From: an uncultured Acidobacteriota bacterium
Lineage (GTDB): Bacteria > Acidobacteriota > Vicinamibacteria > Fen-336
Reading direction: 5' to 3'
Length of the DNA stretch: 64,000 bases
Assembly: GCA_963831755.1 (NCBI GenBank)
Contig: CAWHRC010000009.1
Coordinates: forward strand, 793,241 to 857,240
A program made the position numbers and the translations under genes. Below, piece by piece: positions 26,178-35,702 of this stretch. Positions within the stretch are counted from its first letter, which is position 1. Each line of letters begins with the position of its first letter. The notes under the pieces are model-generated. The model was not told where the DNA came from. It made no database searches and was given only the letters and a program-made list of their open reading frames with translations.

Positions 26178-26545
26178 AGCTCGTGGTCGCGATCGTGAGG
26201 CCCGAGCGCGCGAACGAGGTCCTGGAGGCGCTGTTCCGCGCCGACGTCCAGGGGCTGTCGATCAGCCGTGTGCAGGGGCACGGCGGCGAGACCGAGAGGG
26301 TCGAGACCTACCGCGGCGCGACCGTGAAGATGGAGCTGCAGGAGAAGGTGCGCTTCGAGATCGGCGTCTCCGACCACTTCGTCGAGCCGACGGTGAAGGC
26401 CGTGCTCGGGGCCGCGCGCACCGGCGACGTGGGCGACGGCAAGGTGTTCGTGCTGCCGGTCGAGAAGATCTTCCGGATCCGCACGGGCGAGGAGGACAGG
26501 GCGGCGGTCACGCCCGTGCAGGTGACCGCGGCGGGACGGGGCTGA
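26174..26545 (+). CDS. glnK: P-II nitrogen regulatory protein
   Basis: MKLVVAIVRPERANEVLEAL...GHGGETERVETYRGATV...KVRFEIGV...TGDVGDGKVFVLPVEKIFRIRTGE. The ATG overlaps the amtB TGA (ATGA). Confidence 0.9.
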   Translation: MKLVVAIVRPERANEVLEALFRADVQGLSISRVQGHGGETERVETYRGATVKMELQEKVRFEIGVSDHFVEPTVKAVLGAARTGDVGDGKVFVLPVEKIFRIRTGEEDRAAVTPVQVTAAGRG

Positions 26546-26594
26546 GGGGCGATGGCAGCCTAGAATGGGGCTTCCTGATGAAGTCGGAGGTCCC

Positions 26595-27119
26595 ATGACA
26601 CTTCGTGCGACGAGCCGGTTCCTGCTGGCGGCTGCGGTGGCCGTCGCAACCCTGTCCCGGACCGCAGCCGCCGGCGGGATCGAGCCAAAGGCAGCCTTCG
26701 AGCGGCTCAAGTCTCTCGAAGGCACCTGGCAGGGATCGGCCGGCCACGGGCAGCCGGGCCAGAGCGCCACGGTGACCTATCGCGTGGCGTCCGGCGGCTC
26801 CGTCGTCCAGGAGACGCTGTTCCCGGGCACGCCGCACGAGATGATCTCCATGTACCACCTCGCGGACGGCGAGCTCCTGATGACGCACTACTGCGCCATG
26901 GGCAACCAGCCGCGCATGAAGCTCGACCTCGCGGCGTCGACGCCGGAGCGGTTGGTGTTCGCGTTCGACGGCGGCACCAACTTCGACCCGGCCAAAGACG
27001 GCCACGTCCACTCGGGGACGCTCGAGTGGAAGGGCGAGCTGCTGCACGCGGACTGGGCGGTCTGGACGGCCGGCAGGGAGAGCGGACACAACGTGTTCGA
27101 GCTGCGCCGCAGCAAGTAG
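26595..27119 (+). CDS. secreted hypothetical protein
   Basis: GGAGG precedes ATG 26595, followed by a signal peptide. 174 aa, beta-rich, with no named motif. Confidence 0.55.
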   Translation: MTLRATSRFLLAAAVAVATLSRTAAAGGIEPKAAFERLKSLEGTWQGSAGHGQPGQSATVTYRVASGGSVVQETLFPGTPHEMISMYHLADGELLMTHYCAMGNQPRMKLDLAASTPERLVFAFDGGTNFDPAKDGHVHSGTLEWKGELLHADWAVWTAGRESGHNVFELRRSK

Positions 27120-27176
27120 GCGCTGGCCGCGGCGACGCTCGCAGAGAGCGCGCCGGTGGCGGCGCGGGCGCGGCGC

Positions 27177-28619
27177 TCAGCGCACCGGCGGCCGCAGCCG
27201 GTGCCAGTCGGTCAGGCGTTGATAGGCGGCGGCGATCGCGACCAGCCGCGCCTCCGAGAGCGCCCGGCCGATGAGCTGCAGCGAGCTCGGCAGGCCGTCC
27301 TTGCCGAAGCCGTTCGGCAGGGCGATGGCCGGCAGGCCGGCGAGGTTGCCGGCCGGGATCGTGGCCGGCGCGCGCGACGCCGCTGCGTCGCGTGCGGGCG
27401 CTGCGGCCGCTCCCGGCGCCGGGGCGTCGAAGTCACGCCCGATCGGCGGAGCCAGCCGGCTGCGCGTGGGAGCGACCACGGCGTCGAAGCGCGCCATGAG
27501 CGCGTCGAGCCGGGCCCGCATCGTCCGTCGCGCGCGCTGGGCGTCGAGGTAGTCGGCCGCGCGCGTCATCAGCATCGCATAGCCGCCGATGCGGTCCGTG
27601 GCGTCGCGCAGCTCGGCGACCTTCCCGCTCTCGATCAGCTCGCGCAGCGCGGCCCCGCCCTCGGCGTCCACGATCAGGCCGACCGCCTCGCCGTACGGCA
27701 GGTCGGGCAGCGCCACGTCGGGCTCGAGGTCGGCGACGTCGTGCAGGGCCGCCAGCGAGCGCTCGAAGCTGGCCTTCACGTCCGGGTCCGCGTCGACGGT
27801 GGCGTCGCGCAGCACGCCGATCCGGAAGCGATGGCCCGGGCCGCCGCCCGTGGCCGGCTCGCGGTAGTGGAACTGCATGCCAGTCGTCGGGTCGTTGGGG
27901 TCGGGGCCGGCGATCGCAGCCAGCACGAGCGCGCAGTCGTCGGCGCTGCGGGCGAGCGGTCCGAGCTTGTCGAGCGTCCAGCACAGCGTCATCGCGCCGT
28001 GACGGGAGACGAGGCCGTACGTCGGCCGCAGCCCCGTCACGCCGCAGTACGAGGCGGGAGTGAGGATCGAGCCCGAGGTCTCGCTGCCGATCGCGAACGG
28101 CACCAGCCCTGCCGCCACGGCGGCCGCCGAGCCGCTGGAGGACCCGCCGCTCCAGTGCGCGGTGTTCCAGGGCGTGCGGCCCGGCCCGGTGAAGCTCGCG
28201 TCAGGGTTGTCGTAGCCGAGGCCGCCCGCCAGCTCGACCATCGCCAGCTTCGCGACCAGCACGGCGCCGGCCTGCTCCAGCCGCTCGACGACCGTCGCGT
28301 CGTAGTCGAACACCTGCTGGCGCAGCGGCTCGGCGCCCCAGGTGGTCGGGATGCCTTTCGTGGCGAGCAGGTCCTTGGCGCCGTAAGGGATGCCGTGCAG
28401 CGGGCCGCGGTCGTGCCCCGCCAGCAGCTCCTGGTTCGCCCGGTGCGCCTGTGCCAGGGCCCGCTCGCGGGTGACGGTGACCAGCGCGCCGAGCTTCGGT
28501 CCCAGGCGTTCCAGCCGCTCCAGGCAGCCCTCGGCGAGGTCCACCGCCGACAGCCGGCGCGAGCGGAGCAGGGCACCGAGCTCGCGGATCGAGGAGAAGA
28601 TGACGTCCTCGCCGATCAT
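27177..28619 (-). CDS. amidase-signature (AS) family amidase, no signal peptide of its own
   Basis: GIPYGAKDL, GGSSSGSAAAVAAG and FAIGSETSGSI are the AS catalytic Ser-cisSer-Lys region. ATG 28619 overlaps the upstream stop (ATGA). The track ORF 27177..29123 is over-extended. Confidence 0.85.
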   Translation of the reverse strand: MIGEDVIFSSIRELGALLRSRRLSAVDLAEGCLERLERLGPKLGALVTVTRERALAQAHRANQELLAGHDRGPLHGIPYGAKDLLATKGIPTTWGAEPLRQQVFDYDATVVERLEQAGAVLVAKLAMVELAGGLGYDNPDASFTGPGRTPWNTAHWSGGSSSGSAAAVAAGLVPFAIGSETSGSILTPASYCGVTGLRPTYGLVSRHGAMTLCWTLDKLGPLARSADDCALVLAAIAGPDPNDPTTGMQFHYREPATGGGPGHRFRIGVLRDATVDADPDVKASFERSLAALHDVADLEPDVALPDLPYGEAVGLIVDAEGGAALRELIESGKVAELRDATDRIGGYAMLMTRAADYLDAQRARRTMRARLDALMARFDAVVAPTRSRLAPPIGRDFDAPAPGAAAAPARDAAASRAPATIPAGNLAGLPAIALPNGFGKDGLPSSLQLIGRALSEARLVAIAAAYQRLTDWHRLRPPVR

Positions 28620-28963
28620 CGCCGCTGCTCCGGGGCCGCCGGCGGCACGGCATCGAAGGCCGTCACCGGCTCGTCGGCGTTGCCCAGCCGCGCCGCCCGG
28701 CGCAGGCGCTCGACGTCGTCCAGGCGCCGCGCGATCCGTTTCCTGATCCGCGCGAGCGCGTCGGCGTCGAGCTTCGCGCCGTGCTCGCGCCGGACGGCCT
28801 CGGTCAGCGCCTCGGCGAGCGCTTCGCTGCGGGAGGGCGGCGTCAGCGCCGCAGCCGGGGCGCCGGCTGCGGGCGCAGCGGGAGCCTGCGGGGCGACGAG
28901 CGCGGCCGGTGTCAGCGGCGCGATCGCGACGGCCTTGAGGAAACCGCGACGGGCAGCAGCCAT
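28616..28963 (-). CDS. Tat-signal small protein with a GatC/AtzG-like C-terminal segment (putative amidase accessory subunit)
   Basis: GGGAGG precedes the ATG. The N-terminus MAAARRGFLKAVAIAPL fits the twin-arginine RRxFLK consensus. A Pro/Ala linker follows, then helical ALAEALTEAVRREHG...IRKRIARRLDDVERLRRAARLGNADEPVTAFD. Confidence 0.6.
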   Translation of the reverse strand: MAAARRGFLKAVAIAPLTPAALVAPQAPAAPAAGAPAAALTPPSRSEALAEALTEAVRREHGAKLDADALARIRKRIARRLDDVERLRRAARLGNADEPVTAFDAVPPAAPEQRR

Positions 28964-29137
28964 GGGAACCTCCCGTATATCGGTCGCAGCGGACGAGTCG
29001 ACCTCGTAACGATATGCCAGGACACCATGCTCCTGCTCGCGCGCCGCGGCGGCCTTCAGCGGGCGGCACCAGCGTTGGCGGGCAGAGCATGGCGACGCAC
29101 GGGCGGGGAACGCGGGAGCGCACCGCTAGAATCCGTC

Positions 29138-30328
29138 ATGGCCCGGCGGCTCCATCCCACGGTGCGCTCGCTCGGCGCCGTCTCGCTGCTCACCGACGCG
29201 AGCAGCGAGATGATCTACCCGCTGCTTCCCGCGTTCCTGACCGGGACGCTGCGTGCGGGACCCGCGTTCCTGGGGCTCGTCGAAGGGCTCGCCGAGGCGG
29301 TGGCCGCGGCGCTGAAGGTGCTCTCGGGGCGTGCGGCCGACCGGGTGGCGCGCCGCAAGCCGCTGGTGCTCGCGGGGTACGTTCTCTCCTCCGTGGTGCG
29401 ACCGTTGGTGGCGCTCGCGACCGCGCCCGTGCACGTGCTCGCGGTGCGCGTGCTGGATCGCGTCGGCAAGGGCATCCGCGGCGCGCCGCGCGACGCGCTC
29501 GTCGCGCAGGTGACTCCCGCGGAGGACCGCGGCCGCGCCTTCGGATTCCACCGGGCGCTGGACCACGCCGGCGCGATGGTCGGCCCGCTGCTCGCGTCCG
29601 CGGCGCTGTGGTCGACCGGCAACCTGCGCCTGGTGTTCGCGCTCGCCGCGATCCCTGCGGCGCTCGCCGTCGCGATGCTCGTGTTCGGCGTGCGCGAGGA
29701 GCCACGCGGGCCCGCGCCCAGGGATCAAGGAGCGCTGCCCCATGCCGCGGGCGAGCCGGCTCATCCATCCCGGCTCGAGCCGGGTCTCGTGCGCTACCTC
29801 GCGGTCCTCGCGCTGTTCACGCTCGGCAACTCGTCCGACGCGTTCCTGCTGCTGCGCGCCCAGCAGGCGGGGGTCGCCGTCGCGCTCCTCCCAGCGGTCT
29901 GGTCGCTGCACCACCTCGTCAAGGCCGGTCTCAGCACCTGGGCGGGAGGCCTGTCCGATCGCGTCGGGCGCCGCCGCGCGATCGTGCTCGGCTGGACGGT
30001 CTACGCGCTGGCGTACCTCGGCTTCGCGCTCGCGCGCACGCCGCTCGCGGTGGTCGCGCTGTTCGCCTTCTACGGCCTGTTCCACGCGTTCAGCGAGGGC
30101 GCCGAGCGGGCGCTCGTCGCCGAGCTCGCAGGGGCGGCCGCGCGCGGCCGCGCGTTCGGCCTCTTCCACGCGGTGACCGGGGCCGCGCTGCTGCCGGCGA
30201 GCGCGCTGACGGGCCTGCTCTGGCAACGGTTCGGAGCCGGCGTCGCGCTCGGCGCAGGCGCCGCGGCCGCAGCGCTGGCTGCGCTCGGCCTGCTCGCGCT
30301 GGTGCCCGAGCCCCCGCGCCGCGACTGA
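29138..30328 (+). CDS. MFS transporter
   Basis: 396 aa with about 12 TM segments and the MFS loop motif GRAADRVARRKP / SDRVGRRRA. TAGAAT ends 5 nt before the ATG. Confidence 0.8.
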   Translation: MARRLHPTVRSLGAVSLLTDASSEMIYPLLPAFLTGTLRAGPAFLGLVEGLAEAVAAALKVLSGRAADRVARRKPLVLAGYVLSSVVRPLVALATAPVHVLAVRVLDRVGKGIRGAPRDALVAQVTPAEDRGRAFGFHRALDHAGAMVGPLLASAALWSTGNLRLVFALAAIPAALAVAMLVFGVREEPRGPAPRDQGALPHAAGEPAHPSRLEPGLVRYLAVLALFTLGNSSDAFLLLRAQQAGVAVALLPAVWSLHHLVKAGLSTWAGGLSDRVGRRRAIVLGWTVYALAYLGFALARTPLAVVALFAFYGLFHAFSEGAERALVAELAGAAARGRAFGLFHAVTGAALLPASALTGLLWQRFGAGVALGAGAAAAALAALGLLALVPEPPRRD

Positions 30329-30412
30329 CGATCGGCGCGCGGCCAGGGGTCGTCGCACTTTCCCCTCACCCTGCTAAGCTACGCTGCACACGCACACGAG
30401 CGAGGTGAGCCG

Positions 30413-31132
30413 ATGGCTACCACGACGCCCGGGCCGGCCGGGACGGTCGATTTCGGTCGCTGTTTCACGTACGTCACCGAGGACCCCGAGTGGATCAAGA
30501 AGGTCCTGATCGGCGGCGTCTTTGCGCTGCTGTCGGCGGTCCTGGTCGGCATTCCCTTCGTGCTCGGCTACTTCGGCCGCACGCTCAAGAACGTGGCCGC
30601 GGGTGCGCCGCGGCCGCTGCCCGACTGGGACGACCTCGGCGGGCTGTTCGGCGAGGGGCTGCGGCTGGCGGTGGTCTACCTGCTCCACGTGCTGGGCGCC
30701 CTCGCCGCGGTGGCCGCGCTCGGCTGCGTCGCGCTGCTGCCGGCCATGCTGGCGGGAGGCCTGCGCAGCGGCGACCTGCACGGGCCGTCGGAGGCAATCG
30801 GCGCGTTGAGCGGGCTCGCGCTCATCGCGGTGTACGGCTTCGGCATGCTGGTCTCGCTCGCGGTCGCCGTCTACTTGCCTGCAGCGCTCGCCCGCGCGGC
30901 CGTGCGCGACTCGATCGCCGAGGGCTTCGCCTGGCGAGAGAACGTGGCGTTCATCCGCGCCAACCTCGGCAACTACCTGCTCTCGCTCGTGATCTACCTG
31001 GTGGCGGGCGTCGCCTCGCAGTTCGGCGCCCTGCTCTGCTGCGTCGGCATCTTCCCGGCCGCCTTCTGGAGCTACATGGTCGCGGCGGCCGCGCTCGGCG
31101 GCACGATCCGCCTGAACCCGTCGTCGATCTGA
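30413..31132 (+). CDS. DUF4013-like membrane protein
   Basis: FGRCFTYVTEDPEWIKKVLIGGVFALLS...GIPFVLGYFGRTLKNVAAG..PLPDWDDLGGLFGEG is the typical DUF4013 opening. GAGGTG precedes the ATG. Confidence 0.65.
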   Translation: MATTTPGPAGTVDFGRCFTYVTEDPEWIKKVLIGGVFALLSAVLVGIPFVLGYFGRTLKNVAAGAPRPLPDWDDLGGLFGEGLRLAVVYLLHVLGALAAVAALGCVALLPAMLAGGLRSGDLHGPSEAIGALSGLALIAVYGFGMLVSLAVAVYLPAALARAAVRDSIAEGFAWRENVAFIRANLGNYLLSLVIYLVAGVASQFGALLCCVGIFPAAFWSYMVAAAALGGTIRLNPSSI

Positions 31133-31148
31133 GGAGGAGCGCCGGCCC

Positions 31149-32483
31149 TCAGAGCACGTCCGCCAGGCTACGCTCGCCGGCGGCCTCGCGGGCCGCGCCC
31201 TGGAGCCACGCCAGCGCGTCCCAGCCGGGGCCCACGCGCGGGTGCTCGCCGAGCGTGAAGCGCGCGGCCAGCGCGAGGACCCGCGCGAGCGGGATCCGTT
31301 CCGGCGGCAGCGACAGCAGCAGGCCCACGTCCTCCGAGCCGCGGCGCGCGACCTGGACGACCAGCCCCTCCGTCTCCAGCCGATCCAGCAGCTCGGCCAC
31401 CGACTCGAGCCGCAGCTGCAGCTCCTCGGCCAGCGCCTGGCGGCCCACGGACCGGCCGTCGCGCGAGGCGCGGGCGATCGCGGCCACGAGCGGCAGCAGC
31501 CACTGCGGGTCGGCGGAGACGAGGGCGCCGCGCGTGTCGGGGCTCTCGAACACCCGCCCACGCATGGCCTGCAGCGTGAAGGCGACCTCGAGCCCGAACA
31601 GCACGATCAGCCAGTTGAGGTAGAGCCAGAACAGGAACAGCGGGATCAGGCCGATCGCGCCGTACAGCTTCAGGTAGGGCAGCGCACGGCTGACGTACAG
31701 GCCGAACGCCCACTTCGAGGTCGTCCACAGCGGCGCCGCCACCAGCGCGCCCGCGATCGCCGGCCGCCACCTGACCAGCGTGTTGGGCAGCAGCTTGTAC
31801 AGGAAGCCGAGCGCAAGCACCCCGCCGGCGAGCGCGCCGAAGCCGGAAAGGAAGGCGAGGAACGGGCCGGCCACCGGCAGCGCCTCGGCCTGGCGGGCCC
31901 AGAACTGCGCGGCGTAGAGCAGCAGCAGCAGCAGCATCGGCCCCAGCGTCAGCACGGTCCAGTAGGTCCCGACCCGCAGCAGCCAGCTGCGGCCGCGCGG
32001 CGCGCGGTAGATGCGGTTCGCCGCGTCCTCGAACGAGACGAGCAGGCCGAGCGCGGCCCAGATCAGCAAGAGCGCGCCGATCACGCCGATCGTCTCGAAG
32101 CTGAGCCCGCTGACCGTCTTGACGACATCGAGGATCTTCTCGTCGAGCATGGCCTTGAAGGCCGTCGCCTCCGGCCGCGCGGGATCGACCTGGTAGTTGA
32201 AGAAGCCGTAGGCGGCCGCCTGCAGCTGCCGCGCGGCGTGCTCCATGTCGCCGAACAGCCGGAAGGCCAGCATGCTCACCATCAGCAGCGGCACCAGCCC
32301 GAAGATCGTGCGGTAGGTGAGCGCGGCCGCCATCTCGCCCGCGTCGTTCGCGCGCAGCTCGCGGCTGCAGTGGCGCGTCAGGTCCGCCGCGAAGCGCAGC
32401 CAGCGCTGCGCCCGGTTGAGCTCCGCCACCGGCCGGCTGATCAGCCACTCGAAGTAGGCCGTCAGCCGCGCGACGGGATCCAT
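31149..32483 (-). CDS. YihY/BrkB (virulence factor BrkB / 'RNase BN-like') family membrane protein with a C-terminal soluble extension
   Basis: AAALTYRTIFGLVPLL and YGAIGLIPLFLFWLYLNWLIVLFGLEV are family blocks. About 120 extra C-terminal residues look winged-helix-like (inference). Confidence 0.75.
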   Translation of the reverse strand: MDPVARLTAYFEWLISRPVAELNRAQRWLRFAADLTRHCSRELRANDAGEMAAALTYRTIFGLVPLLMVSMLAFRLFGDMEHAARQLQAAAYGFFNYQVDPARPEATAFKAMLDEKILDVVKTVSGLSFETIGVIGALLLIWAALGLLVSFEDAANRIYRAPRGRSWLLRVGTYWTVLTLGPMLLLLLLYAAQFWARQAEALPVAGPFLAFLSGFGALAGGVLALGFLYKLLPNTLVRWRPAIAGALVAAPLWTTSKWAFGLYVSRALPYLKLYGAIGLIPLFLFWLYLNWLIVLFGLEVAFTLQAMRGRVFESPDTRGALVSADPQWLLPLVAAIARASRDGRSVGRQALAEELQLRLESVAELLDRLETEGLVVQVARRGSEDVGLLLSLPPERIPLARVLALAARFTLGEHPRVGPGWDALAWLQGAAREAAGERSLADVL

Positions 32484-32519
32484 GGCCGGGATTATCGGCT
32501 AGAATCGCGACCTCCCGCC

Positions 32520-35500
32520 GTGGCCTTCCGCCCGCTCGTCCTGCTCGTCCCGTCGCGCGCCGCCGCCGTGGAGCTGCCGCGCCGGCTCGCCTCGACGCCC
32601 CGCGCGCTCGCCGGCGTCTACGCCATGAAGCCGCTCGAGCTGGCGCAGGCGCTCGCCGGACCGCTACTGCTCGGCCGCGGCCTGCACGCGTGGGACGCCG
32701 GGCACGACGCGCTGCTGGCGGCGCGCCTGCTCGCCGAGGCGGGCGGGGCCGGCCTGCGGCTGCCCGACGGTGCGCCGGTCGGGCCGGTCGCCGCGGCGCT
32801 CGCGCGCACGCTCGTCGCCCTGCGGCGCGGCTTCGTCGAGCCCGCCGCGGTCGAGGCGCTCGCCGGGGCCGCGACGGCCCCCGAGGACCGCGCGCGCCTG
32901 CTCGCCGTGGCCCGGCTGGCGAGGGCGTTTGCTGCCGCTCTCGACGGGCGCACGGCCGACCCGGTCACGCTCGTCGCCGCCGCCCGCGAGGGCCTGGCCT
33001 CCGCGCACTGGCTCGACGAGGCCGACGTGCTCGTGGCCGACGACCTCGAGCTGGACCCGGCCGAGGCCGAGTTCGTGGCCGAGCTCGCCGCGCTGCGGCC
33101 GGTGCGCATCCTCCGCCGCTCGCTGCCGGCGTCGCTGCGGCCGGGAGCGTTCCGCTCGCTGATGGCCCCGCGCGGCGTCACGGAGGCCGACTGGGCCGAC
33201 ACGCCGCTCGCGCCGCTCGCACCCGGAGCGCCTCCGCCCTCGCTGCGGCGGCTGCGCGAGAGCCTCTTCGAGCCGCCGGCAGGCCCTGCCCTGGCAGACG
33301 GCGCGGTCGAGCTCGTCACGGCGCCGGGCGAGGCCGCCGAGGTGCGGGCGGTCGTGCGCCGCCTGCTCGCCGAGGCGGCGCGGGGCGTGCCGTTCGAGGA
33401 GATGGGCGTCGTGCTGCCGCGGCCGGAGGTGTACGCGCCGCTGTTCACCGACCTCCTGTCCCGCCTCGGCGTTCCCCATCGTCTCCACCCCTCGCTGCCG
33501 CTTCGTTTCGGCCGCAGCGCGCGCTCGCTGCTGCTGCTCTTCCGCTGCCGCGGCCTCGAGCGGCCGGCGGTGATGGAGCTGCTCACCTTCGCCGCGATCC
33601 CGTTCGCCGCCATGCTCGGGGAAGACGGCGCGGAAGCGTCTCCTGCGCGCTGGGACCAGCTGAGCCGCGAGGCCGGGATCGTCTCCGGCTACAGCCGCTG
33701 GCTGATCGGCCTGCGCGCCTGGGCCGAGGCCGAGCGCGAGGCGGCAGCGGGCGAGCGCAGCGAGGACCGGCGCGAGCGGCGACTGCGCAAGGCGCAGGAC
33801 GCCGACGCGCTGCTGCGCGTGGTCGAGCAGCTCGCCACCACGCTCGACTCGCTCGCCGGCGAGGCCACCTGGGCCGAGTGGGTGGAGCTGCTGCGCACGG
33901 TGGTCGACCAGTGGGTCGCGCCCGCGGAGCGCGACCGCGAGGCGGTGCTCGAGCTGATCGCGGCCCTCGGCGGGCTCGGCTCGGTCGCCGTGCGGGCGCG
34001 CTGGCCGGAGGTCGAGCAGGTGCTCGAGGCGCGGTTCGAGTGGGAGCGGGTCCCGCTGGAGGAAACGGCGCTCGGCGGGATCCACGTCGGCGTCCTCGAC
34101 GCGATGGCCGGGCTCCCCTTCCGCGTCGTCGCGATCCCCGGTCTCGTCGAGGGGGGCTACCCCGGGACGTTCCGGCCCGATCCGTTCCTGCTCGACTCCG
34201 AGCGCGAGGCGCTCGCCGGCGCGGCGGTAGCCCGGATTTCCGTTCCGAGCGTCGTACGCAAGGGCCAGCTGAGGTTGTTCGACGAGCCGGAGGCAGCTCT
34301 GGCACCCGCGACGCCGACGGCGCGGCCGTTGCCGGCGCTGCCAACCGCGCAGGACCGGCTGCTCGAGGCGCGCCGCCTCTTCCACCGCGCGATCGGCCAG
34401 GCCGGCGAGCGCCTCTTCCTGTCCTACCCGCGCGCGGACGCGCGCACCGGCCGCGAGCGGCTGCCCTCGCTGTTCTTCGCCGCGGCGGCCTCCTGCCTCG
34501 CCGGCCGGCCGCTCGCGGGCGGCGAGCTCGAGCGGCTCGTGGCCGAGGACGACCTCGACCGCCTGCCGCTCGAGGACGCGCTCGACGCGGGCGAGCGCGA
34601 CCGCGTTCGGCTGCGGCGCGACGAGACCGCGGCGACCGCGATCGCCGCCGGCTCGCCCTTCTTCCGCCAGTCGCGCCTCGCCAGCCAGGCGCGCTGGTCG
34701 GGTCGCCTGACACGGTACGACGGTCACCTGACCGACCTCGACGCCGAGGCCCGCGCGAAGCTCGACCCGCTCCGCACGGGGCAGGCGGTCTCGGCGAGCC
34801 GGCTCGCGACCTACGCGCGCTGCGGGTTCCTCTACCTGCTCGAGAACGTGCTGCGCCTGGAGACGGCGCCCGAGCCGGAGGAGCGCCGCCGGCTCGAGCC
34901 GCTCGAGCGCGGCAACCTGTTCCACGACGTGGCCGAGCGCTTCCTGCGCGAACGCCGCGACCGGGGCCAGCTGCCTGTGAAGGCGGAGGCGCCGGCGCGC
35001 GAGCGCCTGCGCGAGATGGCGGAGGAGGCGCTGGAGCGGCTCGTGCAGGGCCAGCCGCCGCGCTTCCTGCTGCTGTGGGAGCGCGAGAAGCGGCGCTTCC
35101 ACGAGACGATGCAGGGCTGGCTCGCCCACGAGGCCGCCGCCGGCGAGCGATCGTCGCCCGCGCACTTCGAGGTGAGCTTCGGCCTCGGGCGCGAGCCCGA
35201 CGCCAGGGAGCCGCACGACCCCGAACCACTCGAGGTCGACCTCGGCGACGGCCGCCTGCTGCGCGTCTGCGGCCGCATCGACCGCATCGACCGGCGCGCC
35301 GAGGGCGGCCTCGTGCTGCGAGACTACAAGACCGGCCGCGCGCCGCGCGACGACGGCGGCGTCTTCCGCGGCGGCAAGCAGCTGCAGATCCCCTTCTACG
35401 TGCTCGCCTCGGCGAAGCTGTTCCCCGGCGAGCGCGTCGTCTCGGCGTTCCTCGACTACGTCGACGGCGGTCGGCAGGTGGCCTTCCGGCCCGAGCTCGT

Positions 35501-35702
35501 GGACGGACCCGAGTTCAAGGGCCTGCTGCGCGAGCTGGTCTCGCTCGTCGGCCGCGGCGTCTTCGTGCAGGAGCCCTCGGCCTGCGACTACTGCGACTTC
35601 ACCGCGGTCTGCGGGCCCAAGGGCCTCCTGCAGAGGCGGCAGGCCTACAAGGTGCACGACCGGGCCCTGCAGGACTACCTGCGCCTGCGTGACGTCGGAT
35701 GA
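32520..35702 (+). CDS. addB: AddB-type PD-(D/E)XK nuclease subunit with Fe-S cluster cysteines (degenerate helicase part)
   Basis: The C-terminal nuclease region has C-GFLYLLENV ... RIDRIDRRAEGGLVLRDYKTG ... CDYCDFTAVC (C-x2-C-x5-C). The stop overlaps the addA ATG. The GTG 32520 start is moderately supported. Confidence 0.7.
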   Translation: MAFRPLVLLVPSRAAAVELPRRLASTPRALAGVYAMKPLELAQALAGPLLLGRGLHAWDAGHDALLAARLLAEAGGAGLRLPDGAPVGPVAAALARTLVALRRGFVEPAAVEALAGAATAPEDRARLLAVARLARAFAAALDGRTADPVTLVAAAREGLASAHWLDEADVLVADDLELDPAEAEFVAELAALRPVRILRRSLPASLRPGAFRSLMAPRGVTEADWADTPLAPLAPGAPPPSLRRLRESLFEPPAGPALADGAVELVTAPGEAAEVRAVVRRLLAEAARGVPFEEMGVVLPRPEVYAPLFTDLLSRLGVPHRLHPSLPLRFGRSARSLLLLFRCRGLERPAVMELLTFAAIPFAAMLGEDGAEASPARWDQLSREAGIVSGYSRWLIGLRAWAEAEREAAAGERSEDRRERRLRKAQDADALLRVVEQLATTLDSLAGEATWAEWVELLRTVVDQWVAPAERDREAVLELIAALGGLGSVAVRARWPEVEQVLEARFEWERVPLEETALGGIHVGVLDAMAGLPFRVVAIPGLVEGGYPGTFRPDPFLLDSEREALAGAAVARISVPSVVRKGQLRLFDEPEAALAPATPTARPLPALPTAQDRLLEARRLFHRAIGQAGERLFLSYPRADARTGRERLPSLFFAAAASCLAGRPLAGGELERLVAEDDLDRLPLEDALDAGERDRVRLRRDETAATAIAAGSPFFRQSRLASQARWSGRLTRYDGHLTDLDAEARAKLDPLRTGQAVSASRLATYARCGFLYLLENVLRLETAPEPEERRRLEPLERGNLFHDVAERFLRERRDRGQLPVKAEAPARERLREMAEEALERLVQGQPPRFLLLWEREKRRFHETMQGWLAHEAAAGERSSPAHFEVSFGLGREPDAREPHDPEPLEVDLGDGRLLRVCGRIDRIDRRAEGGLVLRDYKTGRAPRDDGGVFRGGKQLQIPFYVLASAKLFPGERVVSAFLDYVDGGRQVAFRPELVDGPEFKGLLRELVSLVGRGVFVQEPSACDYCDFTAVCGPKGLLQRRQAYKVHDRALQDYLRLRDVG

